A stretch of 64,000 bases of DNA from Schizochytrium sp. TIO01. Taxonomy: Eukaryota; Protista; Bigyra: Labyrinthulomycetes. The notes beneath the pieces are model-generated. The model saw nothing but the letters and a program-made list of their open reading frames with translations. It was not told where the DNA came from and did no database searches. Every line of letters starts with the position of its first letter. Positions within the stretch are counted from its first letter, which is position 1. Below, one piece after another: positions 47,779 to 60,019 of this stretch. The stretch covers positions 1,488,001-1,552,000 of the forward strand of contig SMSO01000005.1 of the NCBI GenBank assembly GCA_004764695.1. The letters are read 5' to 3'. A program made the position numbers and the translations under genes.

Positions 47779-49017
47779 CTAATGGGATGGAGGAACAGGC
47801 GGCAGGAACGAAGAACTAGACGAAGAGGTATCAATGTGCACATTATCAAATAGATTCCGGTAGAAATTGAGGCCCTTAACTGTTTCGTCGCGACAAAGAT
47901 ATCCTAGTTTTTCGGCATTGCGGAGTTGTTCCAGTGCCAGTTGAAGAGAGAGCGAAAAGTGGGCAGCCACCGAAAGAGCATTGATGTGTGCTTTGAATGG
48001 ATCACCTTGAGCGTCCAGCATCTCAACAAATTCTTTAGCCATACTTTCCTCGTTGAGACTGACTGACTGCAAAACAGCCACACCACTCTCAAACTTTTTC
48101 AGAACATAATTGAGACCCAGAGGCTTCATCAGTGTACATGCTTGATACAAATCATTTGGAGAGATAAGTTCTGTACCTCGGGCACGGTTTACTAGGCAGT
48201 ACAAATCTGTGAGGGCGATGACGCCAGTCTTGCTGTGCCGTTTGAGATGCTTTGCAAGGAAATCGGCAAGCTCACGAGCAAGCTCCTCGTGATACCTACT
48301 TCCACAAGCACGTTTAGTTGCAGGATTGGCAATACCCATGTCATTCAGTAATGCGAAGAAGTCATCTTCTTCTTTCTTCTCGCCCGCGCCTTCTGCTTGC
48401 TTTGCCTGGTTTTGGCTAATTGCCTTCGAGAAACGATCTGCTAGAGAAACGATCTCCGAGGCAGATTGGAGCAGCTGCGTTAAATCAGAAAAGGCCTCAG
48501 ATGTGAGACTCTCAGTTTGCTCACGCTCCTGCTGCTGCCGGCGCATAACACCTCCAACACCGGCGTATTGTGTGCTAAACCCAGCCTCGCGCTGGACAAC
48601 CTTCTTCGCGGTTTCCCAACTTCGTCTCTCCAGGGCGGTTTGCAGACGCTCGAAAACCTCAGAGCATTTATTGTCTTTAAAGATAAGTCTCAACAGCGGC
48701 ACCGATGGGTCACTCACAAAGTACATTTCAATTCGCGGCTCGCGCCTAAACAAGCTGGAATGGGCCTCTGCCTTGAGGATTCTCACGAGTGGCAACTTCA
48801 CAGCAAATGTTGATGCAGGATCAGAGCCTGGCGACGGTGGAACCCACCACCATAGATTGTGCGTCGTCACGGCAACCATGCCATCTCTGCGGCCCTCAAT
48901 TTGACGCTTGTTCTTGTCTTGCAAAGATACTTTTGTTGCCGTGGCCACCTGAGTCTCCTCATCTTCGAGTGCAGGCCTCCCTGCCGAAGTTAAAGTTGCA
49001 CGCAAAAAGTTCTCCAT
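47779..49017 (-). CDS. VPS36: ESCRT-II subunit Vps36 (GLUE plus EAP30 winged helix)
   Basis: AGVGGV, EAFSDLTQL, YHEELAREL, LTDLYCLVNRARGTELISPNDL and GYLCRDETVKGLNFYRN. Confidence 0.92.
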   Translation of the reverse strand: MENFLRATLTSAGRPALEDEETQVATATKVSLQDKNKRQIEGRRDGMVAVTTHNLWWWVPPSPGSDPASTFAVKLPLVRILKAEAHSSLFRREPRIEMYFVSDPSVPLLRLIFKDNKCSEVFERLQTALERRSWETAKKVVQREAGFSTQYAGVGGVMRRQQQEREQTESLTSEAFSDLTQLLQSASEIVSLADRFSKAISQNQAKQAEGAGEKKEEDDFFALLNDMGIANPATKRACGSRYHEELARELADFLAKHLKRHSKTGVIALTDLYCLVNRARGTELISPNDLYQACTLMKPLGLNYVLKKFESGVAVLQSVSLNEESMAKEFVEMLDAQGDPFKAHINALSVAAHFSLSLQLALEQLRNAEKLGYLCRDETVKGLNFYRNLFDNVHIDTSSSSSSFLPPVPPSH

Positions 49018-49863
49018 GACGGGCCAGGTTCTTAGCCCACGCCAACGCGGGTTCGAAACCAAGGCCGAGGTCCGCTCTAGCGAGGCTTGGCCAGCGAAGG
49101 TCTCTCCAAGTCGTAAATGATTCTGCTATTGCTGACAATTGTTGAAGCAATCCGGGGTCCTACCACTACGATACTGCTGCTATCATGCTGCTAGTATATC
49201 TATTAGGAAAATAGTAAGGGTGACGAAGAAAGTTTCTGACCTTTTGAATCCCGAGCGCTGTACGTCAGAGCGATCTCAATCTTGAAAGCTGCAGAAACTC
49301 CATTCGATGCTTGCCACGAATAAGCCTTTTAGTGTACAATAGCCTGCAGCATCGAAAAGCAAACTTTTGTTTTCCTCAATTGATTTTTTTTTCTCAGTGA
49401 GATGCCTTTATCATGCTTGTTACTTCACAAATTGTTCGTGAAGAGGCATTGTGACCATTCTGCAAATTCCAAAGGGCTGCAAGTTGGAACTAATTGATTT
49501 GAGTAATCAGGGAAATACATCCTTCTAACATCACATATTATGCAATGCGGCAAATCTCTGGTAGCTTCAAAGTGCATGCATCTGAGACCACTCTGTTGGT
49601 GCAAGTAAACATTTCATCAAAGCTGCATTTACATTCGCGTTCTCAGAACGGTCCGACCGTAACCTTGCTTAGGAATGAAACGGCTTGTTTATGATTTTTA
49701 TTTTTAGGTAAGAACCGTGAAGATTGCTACTACAAGAGCGAGTTATTTCAGTATAGCTCGAAGCATGTAAAACGCGAACAGTCCATCGACCCGGGGCAAT
49801 CCATTGCGTGTACTGATCAAGGCTGCGTGAAGAAACGCCCGACGCTACGTATAGTTGTGTAGG

Positions 49864-50681
49864 ATGGCGTCACTCCGGCTTGATGTGTATCATACCGGTT
49901 TGCAAATGAACATGCCAGAACTCGTGTTTACGAGAGACAAAACAGTGCAGGAGGTGAAGGAAAACCTCTATAGACGCACCGGAACCAAGCCGGAGAGCAT
50001 GGAGCTTTGGCTTGTTGACACGTTAGACAGACGTCGTGAACTCCTAAAGCAAAACAGCCTCACGCTGGAGGCGGTGTTCCCACCTGAAGCTGAAGGCAGC
50101 GGCTGGAAATTGCATGTTATTGACACAGACGCCTCTAGCCTTAGTGCGAATTCGGATCTTTTGCAAGGCGATGTACCTAAGTATGAGGCACCGCACGGGC
50201 GCAAGGACTTTGCAGAATTTCGTCGTGCGAAACGCAACGAGCAGCAGGCAGGGTCCCCCGCACCGACATCAAAGACTGGCATGAAAGAAGCTGCGGATTA
50301 TGAGGAGGATGAAAGGGTTGTCATGTTGAAGGATGGCCTGAAAGGGACCATTCGATACATTGGGAAATGCTCAACAGCAGCTCCCGGCTTTTTTGTCGGT
50401 GTTGAGCTGGATGATGCTAAGGTAAGTTTCTGAAAAGAAGCCATTGTTACTTGTGAATAAAATGTTTGCTGTGTAGATAGAAATAAGATTAGGTAAACTC
50501 ACAATGTCTCATAACCGGCGGCTCTGGAATCTTGATTGGATTTATCCAGGGTAAGCACGATGGAACAGTAAATGGCAAAAAATTATTTGAATGTGCTCCA
50601 AACCACGGCGTTCTGGTCCGTCCATTTGCAATTCGACACATGAAACATGCTGACATGGATGACTCTCGTGAAGAACTCTGA
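49864..50681 (+). CDS. TBCB: Tubulin-folding cofactor B (Ubl plus CAP-Gly); intron 50422-50549
   Basis: TVQEVKENLYRRTGT, LHVIDTD and GTIRYIG..FVGVELDDAK|GKHDGTVNGKKLFECAPNHGVLVRP; ends EEL*. Confidence 0.9.
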
Positions 50682-52093
50682 GCATTTTCCTGAAGTTAAA
50701 AACCTCTTCAGTCAAGAAAATTTCGTCTTTATTTTGTTGTAAAAGAAGCACGCCAAGGTTTGGCAAAGGTACTAGAGATTATAGAAATTAATATTGCTTA
50801 GGTTTAAAAGGCACCAGATATGTCGAATCTGGGTAACATTCTCCCCTTTTTAGTTTTTCCTTTCCGTCATCTTCATTTTCGTTTCAGCTTGACTATGTCA
50901 TTAGTTAAAACAAAACCAAAAACAAAAGAAACATCTACCATGGTGTCATTGCAGGTTTACGCTAGTTTAGATCTCCCTGTGATTAAAAAATAAATAAAAA
51001 TCTATTTAAAAATTTAAAAAAGAAAAGAAAAAAAGTTGAGATGAGATGAGATGAAAAATAAAGATATGGCAAATGCAAATGCACTGTGTCTTATTCTTCA
51101 TTCATTTAAATCGTTAATACGAACTTAAAATTTCATTATATATCTATGTGCAAAAATTTTAAGAGTTATTAGACCTTTCCTTCTATTCATTGGAACATAG
51201 TACAGAGCGAAGTAAGCAAGAAGTACTTGTTCAGAGAGTATGATCATGATTTCAAATACGGGTCTCGGCAAATGGTCACTTTGAATGTAATAAACATGAA
51301 TTTAAAGAGGTATCTTATACCATAAAGGTTCTAAGTAAACATGGCTTCCAGCTTCTCTACTATACAAAGATCAACATGAGATTTTATTCATTCATTCATT
51401 TTTAATTAAACAAGATTACAAAACGACTAACTGTACCGCTGCTTCACAGAGAAGCGGTAATGTGAGCATTACTTTGACAGGATGAACCAGAACTAGAAAA
51501 TAAGCAACGATCGTGCCAAGGTTTCTTTCAGAGCCGTTATTGCGTTCAATATACAGGTGCCGAGTGAGAAAACTAATATTGCCCTGGTTCCATTTTTAAT
51601 TTAAAAAAGAAATTGCATGATATGGATATGTATAAAAATACTTTTTTAAATCAAAAGCTTTTCACATCAAAATCAAGTAACAAAAAAGTACCTCAACGGC
51701 TATTTCGAGCACACGCTGAAATGTTCGAGGCTATACGCATAGTCAACCGAGAATGTTTTTTGTACGTTCTCAAAATACTGAATAAAATGTTGTGTTTTCC
51801 CATTCATGTTCAGGAATGGACCAGGCGATAAACTTGTGACTTGGCAACAGTGCAACGAAAAATAAAGTGAATGGTAGGAACCACAAGGGGCGGTCTCAAG
51901 CGAAGCAAAGTTGTGTACATAGAGCATTAAAGCAGCTTGGAGCTGCATCGTACGCTGGGTATCACTCTTCACTTTGCTACATGGATTAGTCCTGAGAGGC
52001 ACTGTTCACCAAAACGTGGTACCAATCAGCGTGTGTTGGCTGTTTGGCCTTTCGAAACATTGCTGGCAGGTTACAGACGGCAAAAAAAAAAAA

Positions 52094-53668
52094 ATGCCAC
52101 GCCGCAGGCGACGAAATGGTGGTTTTCAACGAGAATGGCTTCTCATTTCTACAATCATATATCACTTGGTTCAAACATGCTCTGCGACTGATGGGTGGTC
52201 AAGCGTGCTTTCTCCAATGAATATTCGGAACCTTAATCTCACAGGCGCGTGCTATCGGCGAAGTCATTTTATTGGTGAGCAAAACTCTGGAGAAGCAAAT
52301 TTTACATACAAACGACAACTTGTTGATTCCGACTTTGAAAGAGACCTCAGCGGCTATGCAATTCCGCTTTCTGCTATTTCAGAGCTTAATGTAGACTTAG
52401 ACCAGGTATTCGCATCAAATGTCACAGCTATTCTTGCTGAAAGTTACTTTACTGATATCGATGATCCGTCGCATTATAGCATACGCCTGAAATATGCTGG
52501 GTACTCTTTCATGACGTACTCCATGGCTCCTAATAATATATACTACGATTTTTTCAAAGATGGGAAGTATAAGTATTCAGACGAAGAGAATACTCAAATT
52601 TCGACGTTGTTCGTTGCGTGCGTCTTTCCTCCCTCTTGGACGCAAGTTGATAGCAATGGAGCTCAAGATCTTATAGATGGTATTGAAATAAATATGCTTA
52701 TTGAAGAAACAGATTATGAGCGGCGTGCGTGGACTTCATTAGCTTACACAATATCGTTTCGGTACCTCTCAGCTATAAGCTGTCTATCTCCATGCGGAAT
52801 GGCACTGCATGGCCTTTGGAAATACCATCAATTTTGCTCGTGGCATGATATTCGCTACATGTATTCGATGCCAATCCTATGCCTCATTGCAACATGCCTA
52901 ACTTCAGGAAGCATGGCTTTTGTATTTCTTCTGGATGGTTGGGGAAGTACAGGCTTCCTGACTGAAGAAACCCAAAGTGTGTTTTTCACATGCACAATGT
53001 CAAGTGTTTTGAGTACTGTCTTTGCTATGTCATACCATTGGCTTAAATTGCGTGGAATGATTGCATCAGCACGTCGTGCTGGCAGATTGAAAGATAGCAA
53101 CAAATCCAAAACTAACGAAACGGAGGTAGAAAATCAAGTGTTGAAAAGAAGCTGGAGTGTTTTTCGGGCAAAAAGGGAACACAAACTAGGGTTTGTTATG
53201 AAGATTCTAGCAATAATATGTGCATGGGTTGACTGTACTTCATTTGTGTATGCAAAGTTACTTCGTCGATCTGTTGATGAGATTCGTAATCCACTTTTAT
53301 ACACAATCGCCGTGCTCGCATTATTTGCAGGCAGCTCGTTCATGTGGCAAGCATCTGGCTTTGCTCGTGATATTGCCAGCCTGATGAGTGCAAACAACCT
53401 CAACAATCAGGAAAATTTGCAATATTTACAAAAGATGGCTTTTCACATGGAGTCGTGCAGTTTCTTTCTCATTTTAGCTGTCGTTGCGGCTGTTTTCCTT
53501 GCCGCCGCCGGTGCTCCAATGAAGACTAATGTGGGAGCTTGGATTTGGCTTTGGCAATGTTGGTTCATGGTCCGATGGGGGATTTCGACAAATATTGTTC
53601 GACTCTCTTTTTTAAATGTTGCGAACAGATCAAAAAGTACCACGAGGATCTCGCCCTCGAAAACATAA
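52094..53668 (+). CDS. Orphan membrane protein: signal-like peptide, N-glycosylated ectodomain and about 7 TM helices
   Basis: Long ORF with NLT, NFT and NVT sequons and seven hydrophobic segments in the C-terminal half. Confidence 0.7.
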   Translation: MPRRRRRNGGFQREWLLISTIIYHLVQTCSATDGWSSVLSPMNIRNLNLTGACYRRSHFIGEQNSGEANFTYKRQLVDSDFERDLSGYAIPLSAISELNVDLDQVFASNVTAILAESYFTDIDDPSHYSIRLKYAGYSFMTYSMAPNNIYYDFFKDGKYKYSDEENTQISTLFVACVFPPSWTQVDSNGAQDLIDGIEINMLIEETDYERRAWTSLAYTISFRYLSAISCLSPCGMALHGLWKYHQFCSWHDIRYMYSMPILCLIATCLTSGSMAFVFLLDGWGSTGFLTEETQSVFFTCTMSSVLSTVFAMSYHWLKLRGMIASARRAGRLKDSNKSKTNETEVENQVLKRSWSVFRAKREHKLGFVMKILAIICAWVDCTSFVYAKLLRRSVDEIRNPLLYTIAVLALFAGSSFMWQASGFARDIASLMSANNLNNQENLQYLQKMAFHMESCSFFLILAVVAAVFLAAAGAPMKTNVGAWIWLWQCWFMVRWGISTNIVRLSFLNVANRSKSTTRISPSKT

Positions 53669-53745
53669 CAATTTGGTGTAGTGAACATGTGTTTGTGCTC
53701 TGTGGATCTTTGAAAACCGCGAATATCTGTTTTTGCTTTTGTCTT

Positions 53746-53778
53746 TTGTTTGTTTGTTTGTTTGTTTGTTTGTTTGTT
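53746..53778 (+). repeat. (TTTG)n microsatellite
   Basis: Direct reading. Confidence 0.85.
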
Positions 53779-54344
53779 TATGTTCTTTAGATTAATGCAA
53801 TTGATCTTTCTTATTGCTTAGAAGTAAAGGAAAATCATGTTTATATGCATATGCACCACCCAGAGAACCCCTTCAAGAGGAAGTCTCTTCAATCTTAAAA
53901 TTTAAAGAGATAAGACTGTTAATTATTTTGTTTTGGCTCCTGCAGATCTGTATATTAGTGTCATAGAAAATCCCCCAATAAAAAAGGGGGCAAGTGCAAA
54001 GTTTGGGATTTTGTTTATTGGATATCATCAAGAAGATGTCGACTGTTATTTTATCAAGCACACTGAACTATGAAAGAAAGAAAAACATTAAAATAAGAGT
54101 GAATTGTGGAAGCTAGTATTAGGAAAAAGACTTCACTAGAAAGGAGTGGAGTTCATACGCTAGTGTTTCAGGCATTTCATATTGCAAAGCGGACGAACAA
54201 AAAGAAGCTCGAAGCAGCGACTGACTCTTTCTTTTGGGTGCAAACAAACATACTTCCTGAACCCTATCTTGTGCATCTCTGTTGTAGAGATGTGTGTGAA
54301 GAACTGATATATTAGATGTGGGTAAGCCCACCGATTATTTGGGT

Positions 54345-55607
54345 CTACTTCAGGCGCTCAATGAGAACTGCCGAGGCTCCGCCACCACCGTTACAAATAG
54401 CAGCCATTCCCAAGGTTCCATCACGTTGCTCCAAAGCAGTGATTAAGGACATGATGATGCGGCAGCCAGAGGCACCAATAGGGTGGCCAAGAGCTACAGC
54501 ACCACCAAAAGTGTTAATACGGTCACGGTCAATGTTCAGGAGTTCCATACTAGCCAACGCAACAGCAGAGAAGGCCTCGTTAATCTCGAAGTAGTCAATG
54601 TCATTAACTTGCATTTCGAGGCCCTGCATAAGCTTGTTGATGGCCTTGACTGGTGCTACACCAAACTGATACGGCTCAACTTCCGTATCCTCGTAGCCGA
54701 CAATGCGAGCAAGTGGTTTCAGGCCGAGTGCTTTGGCCTGCTCTTCCTCCATCATCACAACCGCTGCAGCACCATCATTAATCTTAGATGCGTTAGCAGC
54801 AGTGATGGTGCCGTTCTTCATAAAGGCACTATTGAGCTTGCTAAACTTATCTGGCATAAAGCGCTTGCACTCCTCGTCCTCTGAGAACGTGGTGGTCTTG
54901 CCCTTCCGGTCCTTAATTTCCACCGGGGTGATCTCGTTGGCAGTGATACCATCCGACTGAGCCTGAATTGCGCGTTCATAAGAGGTGATGGCATAGGCAT
55001 CCTGGTCCTCGCGGGTGATTCCCATCTCCTCAATGAGGTACTCCGTGCACCTGCCCATAAGCTCCTGATCGTAAGCGTCAGTGAGACCATCTTGCTGAAT
55101 GGCGTCGAGGACCTTGCTATTTCCATAAGGCGTAGCATTCCGAAGGTACATGTAGTGCGGTGCATTGCTCATAGACTCCATGCCTCCTGCTACGCAGGTA
55201 TCGCGCAATCCGAGCGAAATGGCTTGAGCGGAGAGCATCACAGACTTCATGCCAGAGGCACATACCTTGTTAATGGTTGTGCACGGAGTTCCGAAGGTAA
55301 TTCCACTACCTTTGGCAACCTGACGAGCAGGGTTTTGACCAACTCCAGCTTGAAGTACATTCCCAAAGTAAACTTCATCGATTTGGTCAGGTTGAAGATC
55401 GATGGCATTCAGGGCACCAAGCACGGCGGTCTTACCCAGTTCCGGAGCACGAAGGCTCGCAAACGAGCCGTTAAAGCATGCGATCGGGGTACGTTTAGCG
55501 CTCACAATGACAACGTTGCGACCAAATGACTTGAAGGTGCTCTTGCGGCCGAGCTTGGCAACACGGTCGGCCTCTACGACCTTGCGGATCTTGTTCATGT
55601 TAGACAT
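54345..55607 (-). CDS. Acetyl-CoA C-acetyltransferase (thiolase II, ACAT1-like)
   Basis: RTPI, INKVCASGMKS, AGGMESMSNAP, EINEAFS, GHPIGASG and ICNGGGGASA. Confidence 0.95.
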   Translation of the reverse strand: MSNMNKIRKVVEADRVAKLGRKSTFKSFGRNVVIVSAKRTPIACFNGSFASLRAPELGKTAVLGALNAIDLQPDQIDEVYFGNVLQAGVGQNPARQVAKGSGITFGTPCTTINKVCASGMKSVMLSAQAISLGLRDTCVAGGMESMSNAPHYMYLRNATPYGNSKVLDAIQQDGLTDAYDQELMGRCTEYLIEEMGITREDQDAYAITSYERAIQAQSDGITANEITPVEIKDRKGKTTTFSEDEECKRFMPDKFSKLNSAFMKNGTITAANASKINDGAAAVVMMEEEQAKALGLKPLARIVGYEDTEVEPYQFGVAPVKAINKLMQGLEMQVNDIDYFEINEAFSAVALASMELLNIDRDRINTFGGAVALGHPIGASGCRIIMSLITALEQRDGTLGMAAICNGGGGASAVLIERLK

Positions 55608-58600
55608 GGTCAAGCAGACGGATCTCCGTTAAAATATATCAACACGAAACTCACACTCGCCCAAGCTTGTCTGCTGATGATTCAGTTCGTTTAGTCTGTC
55701 TCGGCTCCTCAGCTCTTGATCGCAAACGAGCAACTGCTCCAGGGAGGTCGAAATGCAGGTCTGTCCGTAGCTTGGAGAAAAGGCGATCCTTAGTTCTATG
55801 AACTCTTAGTTGAACGTAACTAAGTCATTCCCCTCTCGGCTACAATTGTGACCTCCTCAGTATTAGTGTTAGTGCTTATCAATCTGTGCGATACGCAGAT
55901 AATAAGTAGATTTCTATTCCACTCTCTCTCTCCTTTTGACGCGGTTTTCACCTACCTTTAGGTAATACTACTTCTGCGTAGTTTAGGTACTTACAGAAAT
56001 TAATAAAATCCTGCTCACAATCATAAATCGTGTGTTTACCTATAAAAGAATTTGGTTTTGTTTTCAAGGGGGTATTACATCACGTTCATTACATTCATTA
56101 CATTTATTACACTACATTGCATGCCGCATCTTTGTGATCCCAGAAAAAGAAAATAGTCTCTCTTACAGCAGCCACTGCTATTGTTTTTGTTATACTCGCA
56201 CTACTGTTCACTTTTTTTCAATGCCGGGTATTACCATATACTACCTTTCTTATAGGTTGCACAAAAAAGATTCCCCTATTTTTTTGTCTCTTTTGTTGAT
56301 CTTTCTTTTTTCTTTTCTTTTTTATAGTCTAATTATTTGTAACAGACTTTCAACTATCTTAGGACCAAGCAAATCAGATTGAGATCTATGCCCACAAGCA
56401 TGGCCAGGCGTTGAGCACATCGACGCAGCAAAGGAATGAACGAACTCGGCGGGAGAAAGCTGCCAAGGGCTACCTTCAACGGATTCCTAATTTGGCCAGA
56501 AAATGTGCCTGCAGTTTTTGTTTCAGGTAGTAGCTATTTTTTGGGGCCTCCAGGGCACAACTTTTAGAAAAGCGGACATCACGATTCGCCCAAATGAACG
56601 TTTCGTGGGTATTTGCAAATTAGTCCCAAAAAAGCAGAAGCAACAACGTCGCTGCACAGCCTGCTATGGACGGGTGTTAAGCAATATATAGACGCTGGGA
56701 AACAAGCAGTACTACCGACGCAGAGCTGACACAAGCTTTCAACATCTGAGATGAGCGTGCCGTCTGGGACAATGATGCCAAAAGAAATTATAGTGGAAAT
56801 AACACCACAATAAAAGAAGCACACGAACCAGTTTGCAACTGCGAGGTTGAAGACACCAAGCGCTTACACCGCTGCCAAGCAGTAGAGAAAACATAGCGAG
56901 ATATGTAGATCACGGCGCTTATAAGAAGAATACTTGTTTAAAGTAAAACAGAAGAGTACCAAGCATTTCTATTTGTTTAGAAATGGGGTTTTGTGAGCTA
57001 GGCGTCCTTCAGCGCACAAATTTGAGGTGCTGCTTCACGAACTATTATCTATGGAGTTTGCGCTCTACACTTTTAAATATTTGATTTATGCAAAATAACG
57101 ACAAACACTATTATTGGGACTGTACATCCCCTTGCGGGTGCACAGAACCGCCGCCCTGGTTTTGTCAAAATTGGAATAGCGTTAGATGGAATACTACGTT
57201 CATAGCTCAATCTCAAAAATTTTCTTGAGTTTGCAGTCGTATATGAAGTTATTGCTCTTTTACGTTTGGCAGCACTCTTTTTATCTTATCACAATGATCA
57301 CTGTATCCAGCTATATGAGTGAGCGCTTACAGCTCGTCATCCATATTAACACCAACAGGAGTAAATAAATTCATCACACTATATCTTAGTAAAATCAATG
57401 TCCGTAGTGTTGGATATGCTGTCTCTTACAAAAAGGCTCGTAAGGCAGTTTAGGTTCACTACTTCACTATCGATGAGACCTAGCACTGATAAACTTCTCG
57501 TAAAGAGGATAAGAGTCCCATGTGATTTGTCGCAGTTGGAACGCTGCTTTGGCATAAACTGATGTACGTACATGTATGATGTATGAAATTTCGTTCTGAA
57601 TTTCTGTTGATTGTCTCCAAGAACTGAGGCGACGAATCGGCTCGTCTTTAAGACGGGTGAAGAGTGTTAATGTGAGGTTTTTCTCAATTGAAAGCATCAG
57701 GCTGCCATCAACACACGCGCATTAAGAAAGGCATAACCAACAATGGAGGCACGTTCTGAATTCCTCTAGGCTACCTCCGAGATCTGGTTTCAAAGTAAAT
57801 GATCTCAACTGCTTGTCTAAGGGTTTGCGACGCTCATCTTGACTGAAGCAAAAAGAGTAACTGCGTCGTTTGGCGCGACTTTCTCTCTATCAAGCGATGA
57901 ATAAACGAGTATGAGTACTTCATATGTTTGAATTGACAAACTATGTCAAAGCTATTATTGCTAAGAATTAGCGTATCGAAACTTATAATAGTAGTTGGCT
58001 TTTTATCCGCATTACACCGAAACGGCATACGATTGAGACGTTGTGCTTCAATCTCAATCGACTTGGGTTGGTGAGTTGATATCTTATAAGCCTACTATAG
58101 ATGTTCGAAATTTTAACTCTTGATTTTGACAGCTTCATAAATAGACTATTGTGGACGGGCGCTTCCAGGCTTTACTCAAAGCAGTACGAGTATAGAAATT
58201 GTAGATCTTTGGAGAGAGGAGGGCGGGACGGAAAGAACTCAAAGAGATTATACCAATATAGCCGATCTACTCGAAGACACTGCCAATGTTCTAACTAGCT
58301 TAACAGCTTGCGTTCTTCACAATTGGATGTGGGTGAGAGGCATTGTCCAACCTTGATCAGTGCAAAACAACTAATTTACAAGCTGGACGCATCCTGTCTG
58401 CTCAATGCTGATGAACGCTGTGAGCGTTTCTTGAAGGCCAAACCCTGTTGACGAATCTTATATTTTGTGTCATGCTGTACCTGTGAGTTGTAAGCAATCT
58501 TCTTCTACATCCGAAGAATTCTAAAACCAAGCAACTTTACTCAACAGCTTCAGAACATGCTGTTAACCTGTGAAAGAAGCCCCCTATCTCTGTAGCAGCA

Positions 58601-59050
58601 AACTTATCGCCAAACAGTCCAACGCTGTCTTGAGACAGGAAAGGATGTCAGTCGCGGGAATCTTCCTTTCGTCTTCCGTCAGCGTCATGCAAGAGGGACA
58701 GCTCCCTTTGGTCCTGTACACAATAATGATCTATATAGTGAATACTCTTACTGTAGTGTCACCTGCGAACGATCCGTTACAACAAAAGAACTAAAAGATG
58801 GATTGAAAAAGGTGTGAAACTTTGCAAAATGGATTTTCTCGTTGGCACAGCTTTTAGAAAATGAGTACTTATATTAACGTAGAAGCGATATGACGTATCC
58901 ATGATTCTGAGGGCCGAATCGACTTGTAAGAATCAGCGACTCAGTTTGTGCTCATGTAGTTGTGGTTGTGATGGTAGTGGTGAGGTAGGGAATAGAGAAG
59001 TTGTCAACATTGCAATGAATAATAAGCAAGCCCGGGGCTCAATTCCAACC

Positions 59051-59106
59051 AAGCCGAGCCAAGCCGAGCTAAGCCGAGCCGAGCCGAGCCGAGCCGAAAG
59101 CCGAGC
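59051..59106 (+). repeat. (GCCGA)n-like pentamer repeat
   Basis: Direct reading. Confidence 0.8.
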
Positions 59107-60019
59107 AGCACATGGCGTACAATTGAAACTGGGACATAGTCTAGCCCCTAGCGCTGACTTGCTCACCGATGATGGCGAAATATGCATTTTACAATCAGTG
59201 AGTGGATTAATTGCAATTGTTTGCTCACTGTATTTCCACAGCTCAGAGGTGGCATGTTGTATGGTTGCTATGACAGAAACTAACCTATCGCTTGTTAAAC
59301 TTTGTTAGTGGAAGTTAATGGACACACACACTGGGTCTCTCTAGCGCATTTATTAGGAAGAGAACGCGATTTGGAGATATGGGAATCTGCACCGCGCAGA
59401 GAGGAAAGAGTTTCCTGGCTTGCATAAAAGTTTGGGTCACGTAGGTTATACGCTTTGGCTAAGAGAGAAACAAAAAGCAACCCGGGAGAACTCGCACCTC
59501 CCATCCAGTGGCGTGGAAAGAAGTAAGAACCCTGATAAAAGACATAGTTCGAGTCCAGGAGTACGCGTGACCGTGCGCCAGTGCTTCAAGTTTGAGTTAG
59601 GCCGACATAAGAAGAAGCTGTGGCCAGTCAATTGAACGTGGCACACGCCCGACGGGTCTTTCAGTCCACAGGGAATCAACAAGCTGCTGCCTGTCAGTGT
59701 AGGTAGTAGTAAGGTAGTCGGGCTGTCAGAGGAATATTGAATATTTAGACAATCAAGTAAAGCAAATCGCAAAACTCACAGGGGACAGTAGTAGTAACAC
59801 GAGCAAAGCGGAACAAAGGCAACCACGGTGCCTTTTCAGATTGGTTTATTCCTTCTTCGCTAGATTCACAATCAAAGATAAACCAGTAGGGAGAGAGAGC
59901 AAAACCCTAAAGAGCACCAAACATATCCCTTGAGAGCATCTTCGATTCCACGTGCAAGGACGTCAGCCCCTGAAAGGTTCAGGGGCTAGATCTCTTGTAT
60001 GGTAGACGGGAAGGACGAC

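Noticed and set aside
50541-50560. Donor-like GGTAAG directly after the TBCB acceptor (recursive splice site or 1-nt exon)
   Set aside because: Explained by the conserved CAP-Gly GKxDG codons.
57190-58100. Possible decayed minus-strand gene (weakly LRR-like)
   Set aside because: Short fragments in different frames; support is insufficient.
59540-59560. GTTCGAGTCC as a tRNA T-loop or B-box
   Set aside because: The flanks do not form a T-stem or cloverleaf.
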